Shown here: piece after piece, positions 52,559 through 62,852 of the stretch
Position numbering within the stretch: position 1 is the first letter of the stretch
Layout of the letters: each line of letters opens with the position of its first letter
Assembly (NCBI GenBank): GCA_963749915.1
Contig: CAVVOP010000008.1
Span: 128,001-192,000, forward strand
Source of the DNA: an uncultured cyanobacterium
GTDB lineage: Bacteria; Cyanobacteriota; Cyanobacteriia; Cyanobacteriales; Cyanobacteriaceae
Reading direction: 5' to 3'
DNA length: 64,000 bases
Made by a program: the position numbers and the translations under genes
The notes under the pieces: model-generated
Databases searched by the model: none
What the model was told of the DNA's origin: nothing
The model's input: only the letters and a program-made list of their open reading frames with translations

Positions 52559-55093
52559 ATGAAGATCAAAAGCTATTGGCATAGTCTCAATCTTAGTCAT
52601 AAATTATCGGTATTTTTAATTACAGCGATTGCCTTATCTGTAATTGTTATTACCCAAGGAATTGTATCTATTGCCCAAAAACAAGAAAAAAACTTGATAC
52701 AATCGAAGATTAACATTGAATTAAAGATACTGCAAGAAGAAATAAAGGTCCAGCAAGAAATTATTGCCCAGGAATCAGTCCAGTTAGCAATGTTAATCCA
52801 AGCCCAAGGCATTAATCCTAATGATCTAGGTCAACATCCCTCAGTTAAGCGTTTATTCAACCAGTTTACCGAAGTAAGTTCAGAACAAAATTTTTGCCTG
52901 ATTACCAATAGTCAAGGACAAACCATCGCCCAAAAAATACCCATAATTGACGAAGATTTTACTCGGTACCCTGTTTTGCCAGAAAAAGATACTATTAAAC
53001 AGCAGCGTTTCCGTCCAGTTGTCTTACCACTAGGCATTAATCTTCAAGATCTTCCTATTGTCAATGGAGTTCTTCTTTCTGGACAATCTTTGGTGGGTGT
53101 CGAATTGCTTGAGAGCAAATATATGAAACGTTTAGGTTTAGCACCACAAGCCAACATTGGTATTCGTCCCCAGAAAATTAACAACTTGCCCACGTCGAAA
53201 CAACCTTTTCCCAAAGAAACCTACTATATAGATAATGGTAAAGCTGGATTAGTAATGATGAGTGTATCACCAATCAAATTTAAAGGTGAAGTCGTCGGCA
53301 CAACGATTATTGGGAGTCTAATTAATCGTAATTACCAAATTGTGGATCAAGTTAGGCAATTTACGGGAATTAGCACTGCCTCAATTTTTGCTAAAGATTG
53401 GCAAGTTTCTACTAATGTGCCCTACGAGGAACAAGATAACACTACGCGAGCTGTTGGCACTAAAGTTTCTCGTGAAGTAGCAGATTTTGTCTTAAATCGT
53501 CAGCTAGTATTTTTAGGGCAAGCTAATATTATTGGCAAGGAATATTTAACCGGATATAGTCCCATTTATGATCATCTCCAACAATTAAATTCTGATCAAG
53601 CTAAACCCGTAGGAATTGTTTATGTGGGAGAACCTTTATCTGTAGTAAACAAGAAATTAAGAGGTTTTGCTTTAGTCGGTTATAGCATTGGTGTTGGTAC
53701 TCTTTTGCTAGCAATTTTAATTATTGTACCTCTAACTCATCACTGGTTTATAGAACCAATTACCCATCTGGAAAATACCAATAAAAATCTTGAATTGGAA
53801 CTAAAGAAAAAAATTGACGAGTTATCTGATGCCTTAAAAACATCTGCTCAGGCCCAAAAAATGGCCGAAGAAGCCAATCAAGCCAAAAGTAATTTTCTCG
53901 CGAGAATGAGTCATGAATTGCGAACTCCTCTTAATCCCATTATTGGCTATAGTGAGCTATTACTCGAAGAAGCCGAAGACCTCGGTGACGAAGGATTTGC
54001 CCAAGATCTCAGTAAAATTAAGGGTGCGGGAAAACATTTATTAGGACTAATTAACGATATTTTAGATATTTCTAAAATGGAAGAAGGACGCATGGAATTA
54101 TCTTTAGAAGATTTCCAGATTACACCTTTGATTGACGATATAGTTAATAACATCAAACCGTTAATTGAGCAAAGAAATAATCATTTAGTCATTGACAGGG
54201 CAGACAATCTTCAATCGATGCACGCAGACATCAGTAAAGTCCGTCAAATCTTAGTTAATCTCCTCACTAATGCCAATAAATTCACCGAACAAGGAACGAT
54301 TGAACTTAATTTGCAATCCTATCAACAGCAAAATCAACAAGATTGGCTGAAAATTGAAGTAAAAGATACAGGCATTGGCATGACTCCAGGACAACTGACT
54401 AAACTTTTTCAGCCTTTTACCCAGGCAGATATATCCACCACTCGCAAATATGATGGAACTGGTTTAGGATTAGCCATCACCAAAACATTCTGTGAGATGA
54501 TGGGCGGAAATATTTCCGTAGAAAGTCAATTGGGTGTGGGTTCCACCTTCACAGTCAGATTACCAGTTCAAGTGGTGGAACCTCAACAACAAGATTCGGC
54601 CATGGAAAAACTGGTTAAGCAAACAGAGGAAACTCTCTCTTTAGAATCTTCGGTGGCATCAGAAAATACTGTACTGTTAATTGATGATGATCCCCCTACT
54701 CATGAGTTGATTGAGGGATTTCTAGTCAAAGAAGGATTTAAAGTGATTGCGACAACGGACCCAGAAGCAGGGGTGAAAATGGCAAAAAAGATACGCCCCA
54801 ACGTGATTATTTTAGATATAATTATGTCCAAAATGGACGGACAGACTGTATTGAAAGATCTTCAAGCTGATTCAGATTTAGCATCAATTCCGGTAATTAT
54901 GGCAACTTTTCCCCCAGAGCAAAATTTAGGTTATGCTTTAGGTGTGACCGATTATTTAACCAAACCAATTCAGACAGAACAATTAAAAGCCATTTTACAA
55001 AAGTATCGATTTGAGCGAACTAATCCTCTAGCCATGATAGTTGATGATATAGCCATGATAGTTGATGATGATTCTCTTAACCGAGAACTATAA
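52559..55093 (+). CDS. Hybrid histidine kinase (Cache-type sensor-HisKA-HATPase-REC), truncated at the start of a second REC
   Basis: [19 protein letters not shown] sensor; transmitter near-identical to the upstream kinase. Confidence 0.9.
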   Translation: MKIKSYWHSLNLSHKLSVFLITAIALSVIVITQGIVSIAQKQEKNLIQSKINIELKILQEEIKVQQEIIAQESVQLAMLIQAQGINPNDLGQHPSVKRLFNQFTEVSSEQNFCLITNSQGQTIAQKIPIIDEDFTRYPVLPEKDTIKQQRFRPVVLPLGINLQDLPIVNGVLLSGQSLVGVELLESKYMKRLGLAPQANIGIRPQKINNLPTSKQPFPKETYYIDNGKAGLVMMSVSPIKFKGEVVGTTIIGSLINRNYQIVDQVRQFTGISTASIFAKDWQVSTNVPYEEQDNTTRAVGTKVSREVADFVLNRQLVFLGQANIIGKEYLTGYSPIYDHLQQLNSDQAKPVGIVYVGEPLSVVNKKLRGFALVGYSIGVGTLLLAILIIVPLTHHWFIEPITHLENTNKNLELELKKKIDELSDALKTSAQAQKMAEEANQAKSNFLARMSHELRTPLNPIIGYSELLLEEAEDLGDEGFAQDLSKIKGAGKHLLGLINDILDISKMEEGRMELSLEDFQITPLIDDIVNNIKPLIEQRNNHLVIDRADNLQSMHADISKVRQILVNLLTNANKFTEQGTIELNLQSYQQQNQQDWLKIEVKDTGIGMTPGQLTKLFQPFTQADISTTRKYDGTGLGLAITKTFCEMMGGNISVESQLGVGSTFTVRLPVQVVEPQQQDSAMEKLVKQTEETLSLESSVASENTVLLIDDDPPTHELIEGFLVKEGFKVIATTDPEAGVKMAKKIRPNVIILDIIMSKMDGQTVLKDLQADSDLASIPVIMATFPPEQNLGYALGVTDYLTKPIQTEQLKAILQKYRFERTNPLAMIVDDIAMIVDDDSLNREL

Positions 55094-55197
55094 GGTAAAA
55101 TCGAATCACAACAGTCGAGGTTATTAATTAAATTATATTAATTAAATTAAATTAAATTAAATTAAATTATAAATTACATTGATCAGGAAAAACTACT

Positions 55198-55560
55198 ATG
55201 GCTACAATATTGCTTGTGGAAGATAATGAAATGAATAGGGATATGCTCTCCAGAAGGTTAAAACGGAAGGGTTACAATGTGATAATAGCTGTGGACGGAG
55301 AAAAAGGTGTCTCAATGGGGATTGCAGAAAAGCCTGATCTTATTTTAATGGACATGAGCCTTCCAATTATAGATGGTTGGGAAGCAACTAAACAATTGAA
55401 AACAAATAAGGAAACTCAATCTATTCCGATTATTGCTCTAACTGCCCATGCTATGACGGGCGATCGAGAAAAAGCCTTGGCGGCTGGATGTGATGACTAT
55501 GATACAAAACCAATTGAATTGAACAGATTATTAGGCAAAATAGAAACTCTCATTAGTTAG
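55198..55560 (+). CDS. Single-domain response regulator (DivK/CheY-like)
   Basis: LLVEDN, LMDMSLP, ALTAHAM, TKP. Confidence 0.95.
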   Translation: MATILLVEDNEMNRDMLSRRLKRKGYNVIIAVDGEKGVSMGIAEKPDLILMDMSLPIIDGWEATKQLKTNKETQSIPIIALTAHAMTGDREKALAAGCDDYDTKPIELNRLLGKIETLIS

Positions 55561-55606
55561 AATTATTGTCTAATCATTATTAACTATAAGCCAAATTAGC
55601 TATAAA

Positions 55607-57400
55607 ATGAACAGTCAAGAGCAACCTAGTAACCACTATATTGCAACTATAAGACACGAACTTCGTACTCCCATTAATGCCATCATTGGCTATAGTGAAA
55701 TGTTAATTGAGGATTTAGAGCAAGAAGATTCAGATTTAATCTGCGAACTGGAAAAAATTTTGGTTGGGGGATATGAACTTCTCTCTATTATCAAAAAGAT
55801 TCTTGAGCCGCCGAGTATAAACCCCAGTGAATCTTCCCTAAATTTAGCCAACATCTGGGAAAATACTGAAATTGAACTGTCTCCTTCCCTCAGCAGGATT
55901 CTCGATCACTGTCAAATGGCTTTGGAAAAAACTAAAAACAGTGAGGTGAATGCAGATATTGGCAGAATTAAACAAGCAGGAATAAATTTGCAAACTCTGA
56001 TCCAAAATAAGACTCTTTCTCCTGAAACCTCTTTGACGGATAACCCCGAAAAACAATCTGATCTTAATCAAAATGATCCCGACGATCTAATTACCATAGG
56101 ACAACAAAAAAACAAGCAACAAAACATTGGGCCGTCGAAATATCATCAAGGCAATATTTTAATAGTAGATGACAATGAGAATAACAGAGAACTACTATCT
56201 CGACAATTGGAAAAAGAAGGTTATACTTTTGCCCAAGCTAGCGGTGGAAGAAAAGCTTTGGCAATGATCGGTACAGGAGATTATGATCTGGTTCTTCTCG
56301 ATTTGCTAATGCCTGAATTAAACGGATACCAAGTATTAGCAGCACTAAAAGCTAATTCTCAATGGCAACATATTCCAGTAATTATGATCTCTGCCTTAGA
56401 TGAACTGGATAGTATTATTAAATGTATTGAGATTGGTGCTGAGGATTATTTACCAAAACCTTTTAATCCTATTTTACTCAAAGCGAGAATTGGTGCGAGC
56501 TTAGAGAAAAAACGACTAAGGGATCTAGAACAGCAATATCTTCAACAAGTAGAAGAATATTCCCAAAAACTCAACCAAGAGTTAGAAATAGGACGCACCA
56601 TGCAACAAAATTTCCTCCCTGCCAATTTACTAAATAGACCTGGTTGGAAATTTGCTTCTTTCTTTAAACCAGCCCGTCAAGTTGCCGGAGACTTCTACGA
56701 TATGTTTGAGCTACAGGAAAATAACATAGCATTGGTAATAGCTGATGTATGTGATAAAGGCGTTGGTGCGGCTTTATTTATGGCCCTATTTCGCAGTTTA
56801 ATTAGGATCTTTTCCCTGGAAAATAAATTAGAAGATAATCTTGACAATCTTTTCTTAGCTAGTAAGCCTCCTACAAATGGTTGGCTGGGTGAGCATAAGA
56901 CTAATCTAGACCATTTCAAAGCTCTACAATCAGTGGCTTTGACGAATAACTATGTTGCAGAGAATCATGGCGATTTGGGGATGTTTGCTACCTTATTCTT
57001 GGGAGTCCTAGAACCGACAACAGGATTACTTACTTATATAAATGGGGGTCATGAACCTTTATTTATCCTTAACCCTCAGGGAAGAATTAAACAACAACTT
57101 AATTCTACTGGACCTGCTGTGGGAATGTTACCTGATATTAATTTTAATATTCAGCAACTTTATCTTGAATCAGGAGATATTCTGTTTGGCTACACTGATG
57201 GTGTAACTGAAGCTCGCTCTATTGACCGAGAATTTTTTACTGACAAAAGACTTAAACTTTTACTGCATCAATCAGGATCATCTGCCACAGATATAATCGA
57301 CCATGTTTCCCAAAATCTATTAGATTACATTGGCGAAGCTGATCAATTTGATGATATTACTATGTTAGCTGTCCAAAAATTAGACCATAATGTCGTTTAG
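55607..57400 (+). CDS. HisKA-REC-PP2C (SpoIIE/RsbU-type) phosphatase
   Basis: RHELRTPINAIIGY, LLDLLMP, VAGDFYD, IADVCDKG, YTDGVTEA, DDIT. Confidence 0.92.
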   Translation: MNSQEQPSNHYIATIRHELRTPINAIIGYSEMLIEDLEQEDSDLICELEKILVGGYELLSIIKKILEPPSINPSESSLNLANIWENTEIELSPSLSRILDHCQMALEKTKNSEVNADIGRIKQAGINLQTLIQNKTLSPETSLTDNPEKQSDLNQNDPDDLITIGQQKNKQQNIGPSKYHQGNILIVDDNENNRELLSRQLEKEGYTFAQASGGRKALAMIGTGDYDLVLLDLLMPELNGYQVLAALKANSQWQHIPVIMISALDELDSIIKCIEIGAEDYLPKPFNPILLKARIGASLEKKRLRDLEQQYLQQVEEYSQKLNQELEIGRTMQQNFLPANLLNRPGWKFASFFKPARQVAGDFYDMFELQENNIALVIADVCDKGVGAALFMALFRSLIRIFSLENKLEDNLDNLFLASKPPTNGWLGEHKTNLDHFKALQSVALTNNYVAENHGDLGMFATLFLGVLEPTTGLLTYINGGHEPLFILNPQGRIKQQLNSTGPAVGMLPDINFNIQQLYLESGDILFGYTDGVTEARSIDREFFTDKRLKLLLHQSGSSATDIIDHVSQNLLDYIGEADQFDDITMLAVQKLDHNVV

Positions 57401-57582
57401 TTAAGGTGAGTTCCACGGAGGCTGAAACCCCAATTCGATGGATGGTAGGCCAAAACCCCATTGTATTTATTGAACGCAATTTTGAACTATCATAGAATAA
57501 TTATTAATCTCAAAGTCTTTTGCCCAGCAATTTAGATTTTGTCGTTGTCGAAGAAGGTAAAACATTTAAAGTGTCATTTGTC

Positions 57583-59454
57583 ATGAATAATCCTATTCCT
57601 ACCAATATAGAAGCGAGAAATGCGGCTAACGATTTTCATCCCGACGAGAAAGAGTCCGAATGGGAATTTCTTTTCACCAGAGCCATCGAATTTCGACAAG
57701 AAACTATTTATTTTATCATTGTTGATCGTTTTTTTGATGGTGATAGTAATAATAATCCCGGACCTAATCCAGAATTATATGATCCCGATCGCAATTATTG
57801 GGGAAAATATTGGGGTGGTGATTTACAAGGAATTGTAACTAAATTAGAATATCTAAAAAATTTAGGGGTAACGGCAATCTGGATTTCTCCTCTATTCGAA
57901 CAGGTAGAGTCTTTACAATTCGAGTTTGCACCAATGCACGGCTATTGGACTAAAGATTTTAAAAGGATTAATCCTCGTTTTTTAGCTTTAGGAGAAGATA
58001 ACACTTTATCTGAATGTAAAGCATTCCGTAGTTTGGTTGACAAAGCCCATCAGTTGAAAATTAAAGTCATCTTAGATATTGTTTGTAATCACAGTAGTCC
58101 GGATGTTAACGGGGAAAAAGGTAAACTTTATGATGATGGTGTTTTGATTGCCGATTACTATCATGACAGTAATAATTGGTATTATCACAATCCCGAAATT
58201 ACCGACTGGGAAAACGAAGATCAATTGTTACACTATGAAATGATGGGTTTAGCAACTTTTAATGAAAGTAATATCGATTATCGAAATTATATGAAAGATG
58301 CTATTAAACAATGGTTAGATCAAGGTATTGATGCTCTAAGGATTGACACAGTTAAACATATGCCTCTCTGGTTTTGGCAAGAATTTTTGGGAGATTTGAA
58401 AACCCATCGCCCTGATTTATTTGCCTTTGGAGAATGGGGCTTTGGTAAACCTCTCGATGGCAAATCAGCGCAATTCGCCAATGAATCAGGAATGTCAATT
58501 TTGGATTTCGGTTTATCCGGGGCAATTCGTGAATGTTTGGGAAAAAATGCGGAGGGTGGATTCCATTTGCTCCAAGATATTTTTGATCTTGATTATCTTT
58601 ACAACACTGCCACTGAATTAATTACCTTTTTCGATAACCATGATATGTCTCGTTTTGGGAGCTTAAATCCCGATGGGAAGGCTTTGCGGTTGGCTGTGGC
58701 CTTAATCATGACTTGTCGAGGAATTCCCTGCATTTATTATGGTACGGAACAATATTTACATAATGATACTAATGGCGGAGAAGATCCTTACAATCGACCG
58801 ATGATGGATAAATGGGACACTAATACGCCAATTTATCGGGATTTAGGCAGGTTATCTAAATTGAGAAGAATTAATCCGGCTGTTTCTTTGGGTAGTCAAA
58901 TACAAAAGTATCTCACCGATGATATTTTTTGCTTTTTAAGGTGCTATCGTGATTATCGTTGTTTAGTTTGTTTCAATAAATCTTATCAAGGTTATCACAT
59001 TGATCTACTCAATACCGAGTTAGTTGATGGGGAATATTATTGCACTTTAACTAATAAAAAAGTAGAGGTGATTAACGGAAATCTTCATAATTTATATTTA
59101 CCACCTCAAGAAGTCCTAATTTTTAACTATTTAGGGGAAAAAGTACAAGGTACAACTATTGTTAGAGCTCAACTTAACGGTATTAGAACTAATCTCGGCG
59201 AGTTTTTAGTAGTTATCGGAAATTGCCCTGAATTGGGCAATTGGGATATTGAGAAAGGCTACCGATTAGAATACATCAATTCTAATACTTGGTTTGGAGA
59301 AATTTCTTTTCCTCAAAGTTGCGGGAAAGCAATTACCTATAAATATGCTTTAGTTAAGAGTAATGGAGAGATAGTAAGAGAAAATCGGGCATTAAGACCC
59401 TGGATTCTGGCTAATGATAATATAGCTAAGTGGACTGACACTTGGGAAAAGTAA
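57583..59454 (+). CDS. GH13 alpha-amylase/CGTase-like enzyme with CBM20
   Basis: DRFFDG, HGYW, DIVCNH, RIDTVKH, GEW, DNHD; VIGNCPELGNWD. The ORF-track TTG at 57520 is an alternative start. Confidence 0.9.
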   Translation: MNNPIPTNIEARNAANDFHPDEKESEWEFLFTRAIEFRQETIYFIIVDRFFDGDSNNNPGPNPELYDPDRNYWGKYWGGDLQGIVTKLEYLKNLGVTAIWISPLFEQVESLQFEFAPMHGYWTKDFKRINPRFLALGEDNTLSECKAFRSLVDKAHQLKIKVILDIVCNHSSPDVNGEKGKLYDDGVLIADYYHDSNNWYYHNPEITDWENEDQLLHYEMMGLATFNESNIDYRNYMKDAIKQWLDQGIDALRIDTVKHMPLWFWQEFLGDLKTHRPDLFAFGEWGFGKPLDGKSAQFANESGMSILDFGLSGAIRECLGKNAEGGFHLLQDIFDLDYLYNTATELITFFDNHDMSRFGSLNPDGKALRLAVALIMTCRGIPCIYYGTEQYLHNDTNGGEDPYNRPMMDKWDTNTPIYRDLGRLSKLRRINPAVSLGSQIQKYLTDDIFCFLRCYRDYRCLVCFNKSYQGYHIDLLNTELVDGEYYCTLTNKKVEVINGNLHNLYLPPQEVLIFNYLGEKVQGTTIVRAQLNGIRTNLGEFLVVIGNCPELGNWDIEKGYRLEYINSNTWFGEISFPQSCGKAITYKYALVKSNGEIVRENRALRPWILANDNIAKWTDTWEK

Positions 59455-59491
59455 TCGACCTCAGTTATCACGGCATGAGACTAAAGCTAAA

Positions 59492-59953
59492 TCAGCTTTT
59501 AGTCAAATTGACAATGAAAGTATTGTAATTAATGTTCTCCTTGCGTTCATATAAAAATTGATCAACTCCATCAATCGCCAAATAAATACCTAAATTGCCG
59601 ATCGGTCTTTCCTCTATTGGTTTATCGATATTTTGGCTTTCGGGAATAATTTGCTCTTGAGGATCGAAATAATCTGCCGTATCTTCTAAAGTGATAATTA
59701 ATTTTTGATTCTCTATTTTTTCTGTAATACTTATATTTCCCTCTTTTCCCGCTTCTTGATAACCGTGAATAATTATATTAGTAGCAATTTCATCCACTGC
59801 TAATCTCAATTTATAAGCTGTTTTTTTATCTAAATTAGCTATCTCTGAACTTTGCTTAACATATTGGGCAATTTTAGTCAGAGAATCAAGATCGGCCTGT
59901 ACAGTTAAAGTTTCCATGATCAATAATTTATGTTCAATTGGCTTGGCAATCAT
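59492..59953 (-). CDS. RsbW/SpoIIAB-like anti-sigma Ser kinase (Slr1861-like)
   Basis: LRLAVDEIATNIIIHGY, ERPIGNLGIYL. Confidence 0.9.
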   Translation of the reverse strand: MIAKPIEHKLLIMETLTVQADLDSLTKIAQYVKQSSEIANLDKKTAYKLRLAVDEIATNIIIHGYQEAGKEGNISITEKIENQKLIITLEDTADYFDPQEQIIPESQNIDKPIEERPIGNLGIYLAIDGVDQFLYERKENINYNTFIVNLTKS

Positions 59954-59984
59954 ACCAAACCAATCAATAATCTTTTATTTTTAC

Positions 59985-60293
59985 CTATTCAATAATTTTG
60001 AAACTGTGTTGCAAACCGGCTTTTTTGATAGTGTCTAGTACCATTTCTTGGGGACTAACGACATCTACCTCTACATCGGTTCCCATTTTCTGTTTGGCAA
60101 ATACTAATACTCTTAAGCCAGCACTTGACATATATTCTAAATCAGCCATGTTTAGGACTAAAACCTTAACCTGTGTAGATGCCACCTCTTCAACTTTTTC
60201 TTTAAACTCATTGGCAACACTGCCATCCAATTCCCCACTTAAATCAATGGTAGCAACATCATCATTGATGGTTAAATTTGCACTAAAACTCAT
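59985..60293 (-). CDS. STAS anti-anti-sigma protein (Slr1859-like)
   Basis: LSGELD, LEYMSSAGLRVL. Confidence 0.92.
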   Translation of the reverse strand: MSFSANLTINDDVATIDLSGELDGSVANEFKEKVEEVASTQVKVLVLNMADLEYMSSAGLRVLVFAKQKMGTDVEVDVVSPQEMVLDTIKKAGLQHSFKIIE

Positions 60294-60338
60294 TTTGTTT
60301 CCTCTCAGGATTTTTATTGAATTAATTATGATTATGGT

Positions 60339-62456
60339 TTATTTTCCGACTAAAATAACCACAGAGCGATCGCCTACTAAAAAATCAGTTTGATTATTCA
60401 ATAACGGTTCACTATTGGGTTGATAAATGTCATCAGGAGAGTCAACCCCCGTATTGGCAAAAAGATGCCATTGCAACCCCAAAGGCAACTGAGGCAGTTC
60501 AAAGGGCAACCCTTGATAGTGCATATTGATAGCTACATAAATGTAGTTATCTTCAAAAGTTGCACCCTGGGCGTGTTTACCACAGAGCATGAAAGCAATG
60601 ACGGTACTACTACCAGACCAATCTGCATTCCAGGCCTTAGTTCCATGCCAAGTAATATCACCATAACCACTACCGACATAATCTCGATTTTGCAGATGAT
60701 AAGGACTCCTCAACACTGGGTGAGCGTGACGAAAAGCAATCATATTCTTGACAAAGCGGAATAAAGAGGCATTCTGACTGACTAAGTTCCAATCAAACCA
60801 ATTTAAGTCATTATCGTGGCAATAGGTGTTATTATTGCCTTTCTTAGTTCGCCCTACTTCATCACCCATTAACATCATTGGCACACCTTGACTTACTAAT
60901 AAAATTGCCATGGCATTTTTGATTTGCCTATTTCTCAGACGATTAATATCAGGATTATCAGTAGGGCCTTCTACTCCGCAATTCCAACTTTCATTATCAT
61001 TAGCTCCATCATTGTTGTTTTCGCCGTTAGCTAAATTATGTTTTTCATTGTAAGAGACTAAATCAGCTAAGGTAAACCCATCATGGGCAATGATAAAGTT
61101 AATTGATGAAGTTGGAGGACGATTTGCCCCTTGATAAATATCAGGAGAACCTGTTAGCCGTTGTGCCATTTCCCCTACTAGCCCCAAATCACCTTTGAGA
61201 AATTTGCGGACACAATCTCGATATTTGCCATTCCACTCTGCCCAACGTCCATAATTGGGGAATGAGCCAACTTGATAAAGTCCCCCTGCATCCCACGCCT
61301 CCGCAATTAATTCACATTTAGCCAAAATGGGATCAAAGGCTAAAGTCTCCAGTAGAGGGGGATTTGCTAAAGGTGCCCCCCAAGGATCTCGTCCTAAAAT
61401 GGAAGCTAAGTCAAAGCGAAAACCATCGATGTGGTATTCTTCTGCCCAATAGCGGAGGCAGTCTAACACCATCTGACGAACGATGGGATTGTTACAGTTG
61501 AGGGTATTTCCTGTGCCACTAAAATTAAAATAGTAACCTTCTGGGGTGAGCATATAATAGGTTTGGTTATCTATGCCTCGGAAGGATATATAAGGACCTT
61601 TTTCATTACCTTCAGCTGTGTGATTAAAGACCACATCAAGAAGAACCGAAATACCATTTTTATGGAGTTGTTTAATTAAGTTTTTCAGTTCATCTACCTG
61701 CATTCCATACTTACCCGTTGCCGCAAAGGCAGCTTTCGGGGCGAAAAAACCGACGGTACTATAACCCCAATAATTATAGAGTGTTTCCCCTGTTTCCTGG
61801 TTAATACGGCTATTTTCGAACTCATCAAACTCGTAAATGGGCATTAATTCAATACAATTAATACCCAATTCTTTCAGGTAAGGTATTTTCTCGATAATTC
61901 CAGCAAAAGTACCGGGGTGTTTAACTCCTGATGAGGGATGCCGGGTAAAGCTACGTACGTGCATTTCGTAGATCATCAGATCTTGGGAGGGGATTTGCAA
62001 AGGCAGATCATCTTCCCAATCAAAGTCATCAAAAGCCAATCTAGCTCGATGCTGATAGATATTATCCCAATTGGGTTCTACCCCCCACACATCCCTACCA
62101 CCGATTATTTTGGCATAAGGATCAAGCAGAATCTTCTCCTGATTAAACCAGTGTCCTTGTTGAACATCAAAAGGACCATCCATGCGATAACCGTACTCGA
62201 TGTTTTCATAGTCGAGGCCAAAAACCACCATACAGAAAACATTACCAATTCTAAATTCTGTCGGAAAAGGTATTTCTACCAAGGGAGTGGGAGAATGTTT
62301 TTCAAACAAAACTAATGTACATGATGTGGCATGGCTAGAATAAACTGAGAAATTAACTCCTCCTGGTACGAAAGTTGCTCCAAAAGGAAAGCATTTCCCG
62401 CAACGCAATTTAAAATCACCATGTTGATGAGTAGGATGAATGTCAATCCGTTCCAT
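60339..62456 (-). CDS. glgX: Glycogen debranching enzyme / isoamylase
   Basis: YNYWGY, DVVFNHTAEG, DGFRFDLA, AEAWD, HDGFTL. Confidence 0.97.
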   Translation of the reverse strand: MERIDIHPTHQHGDFKLRCGKCFPFGATFVPGGVNFSVYSSHATSCTLVLFEKHSPTPLVEIPFPTEFRIGNVFCMVVFGLDYENIEYGYRMDGPFDVQQGHWFNQEKILLDPYAKIIGGRDVWGVEPNWDNIYQHRARLAFDDFDWEDDLPLQIPSQDLMIYEMHVRSFTRHPSSGVKHPGTFAGIIEKIPYLKELGINCIELMPIYEFDEFENSRINQETGETLYNYWGYSTVGFFAPKAAFAATGKYGMQVDELKNLIKQLHKNGISVLLDVVFNHTAEGNEKGPYISFRGIDNQTYYMLTPEGYYFNFSGTGNTLNCNNPIVRQMVLDCLRYWAEEYHIDGFRFDLASILGRDPWGAPLANPPLLETLAFDPILAKCELIAEAWDAGGLYQVGSFPNYGRWAEWNGKYRDCVRKFLKGDLGLVGEMAQRLTGSPDIYQGANRPPTSSINFIIAHDGFTLADLVSYNEKHNLANGENNNDGANDNESWNCGVEGPTDNPDINRLRNRQIKNAMAILLVSQGVPMMLMGDEVGRTKKGNNNTYCHDNDLNWFDWNLVSQNASLFRFVKNMIAFRHAHPVLRSPYHLQNRDYVGSGYGDITWHGTKAWNADWSGSSTVIAFMLCGKHAQGATFEDNYIYVAINMHYQGLPFELPQLPLGLQWHLFANTGVDSPDDIYQPNSEPLLNNQTDFLVGDRSVVILVGK

Positions 62457-62472
62457 GTTGTGCTTCCTAAAT

Positions 62473-62805
62473 TTAAGTTAGTGCGCTTAACCCTGCTTCG
62501 ACAGTGGGGCAAGTAGTGAAAAATTGGAGGAAGCCTGTAACTTCCATGGTATCTCTAATTTCTTCTGATAATCCCACCAGTACTAATTTTCCGGCTTGAC
62601 TGGTAACAGTGCGATATAGTTTCAAGAGCATTCTCAAGCCTGCACTGGACATATAAGGAACATCACTTAAGTCAAGCAGAATTTTACTGGTGGATTTACT
62701 CAGATTTAGTACTTCTGAACTAATACCAGGAGATGTATTAGCATCAATCTCTCCACTGAGTTCAGCTATACAGACATCTCCTTCTTCTCTAGTCTTAATA
62801 TTCAT
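62473..62805 (-). CDS. STAS anti-anti-sigma protein (Slr1856-like)
   Basis: LSGEID, VPYMSSAGLRML. Confidence 0.92.
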   Translation of the reverse strand: MNIKTREEGDVCIAELSGEIDANTSPGISSEVLNLSKSTSKILLDLSDVPYMSSAGLRMLLKLYRTVTSQAGKLVLVGLSEEIRDTMEVTGFLQFFTTCPTVEAGLSALT

Positions 62806-62852
62806 AGGATAATTGACAATTGATAGTTGACAGTTGAGATCTTGATTGTTCC

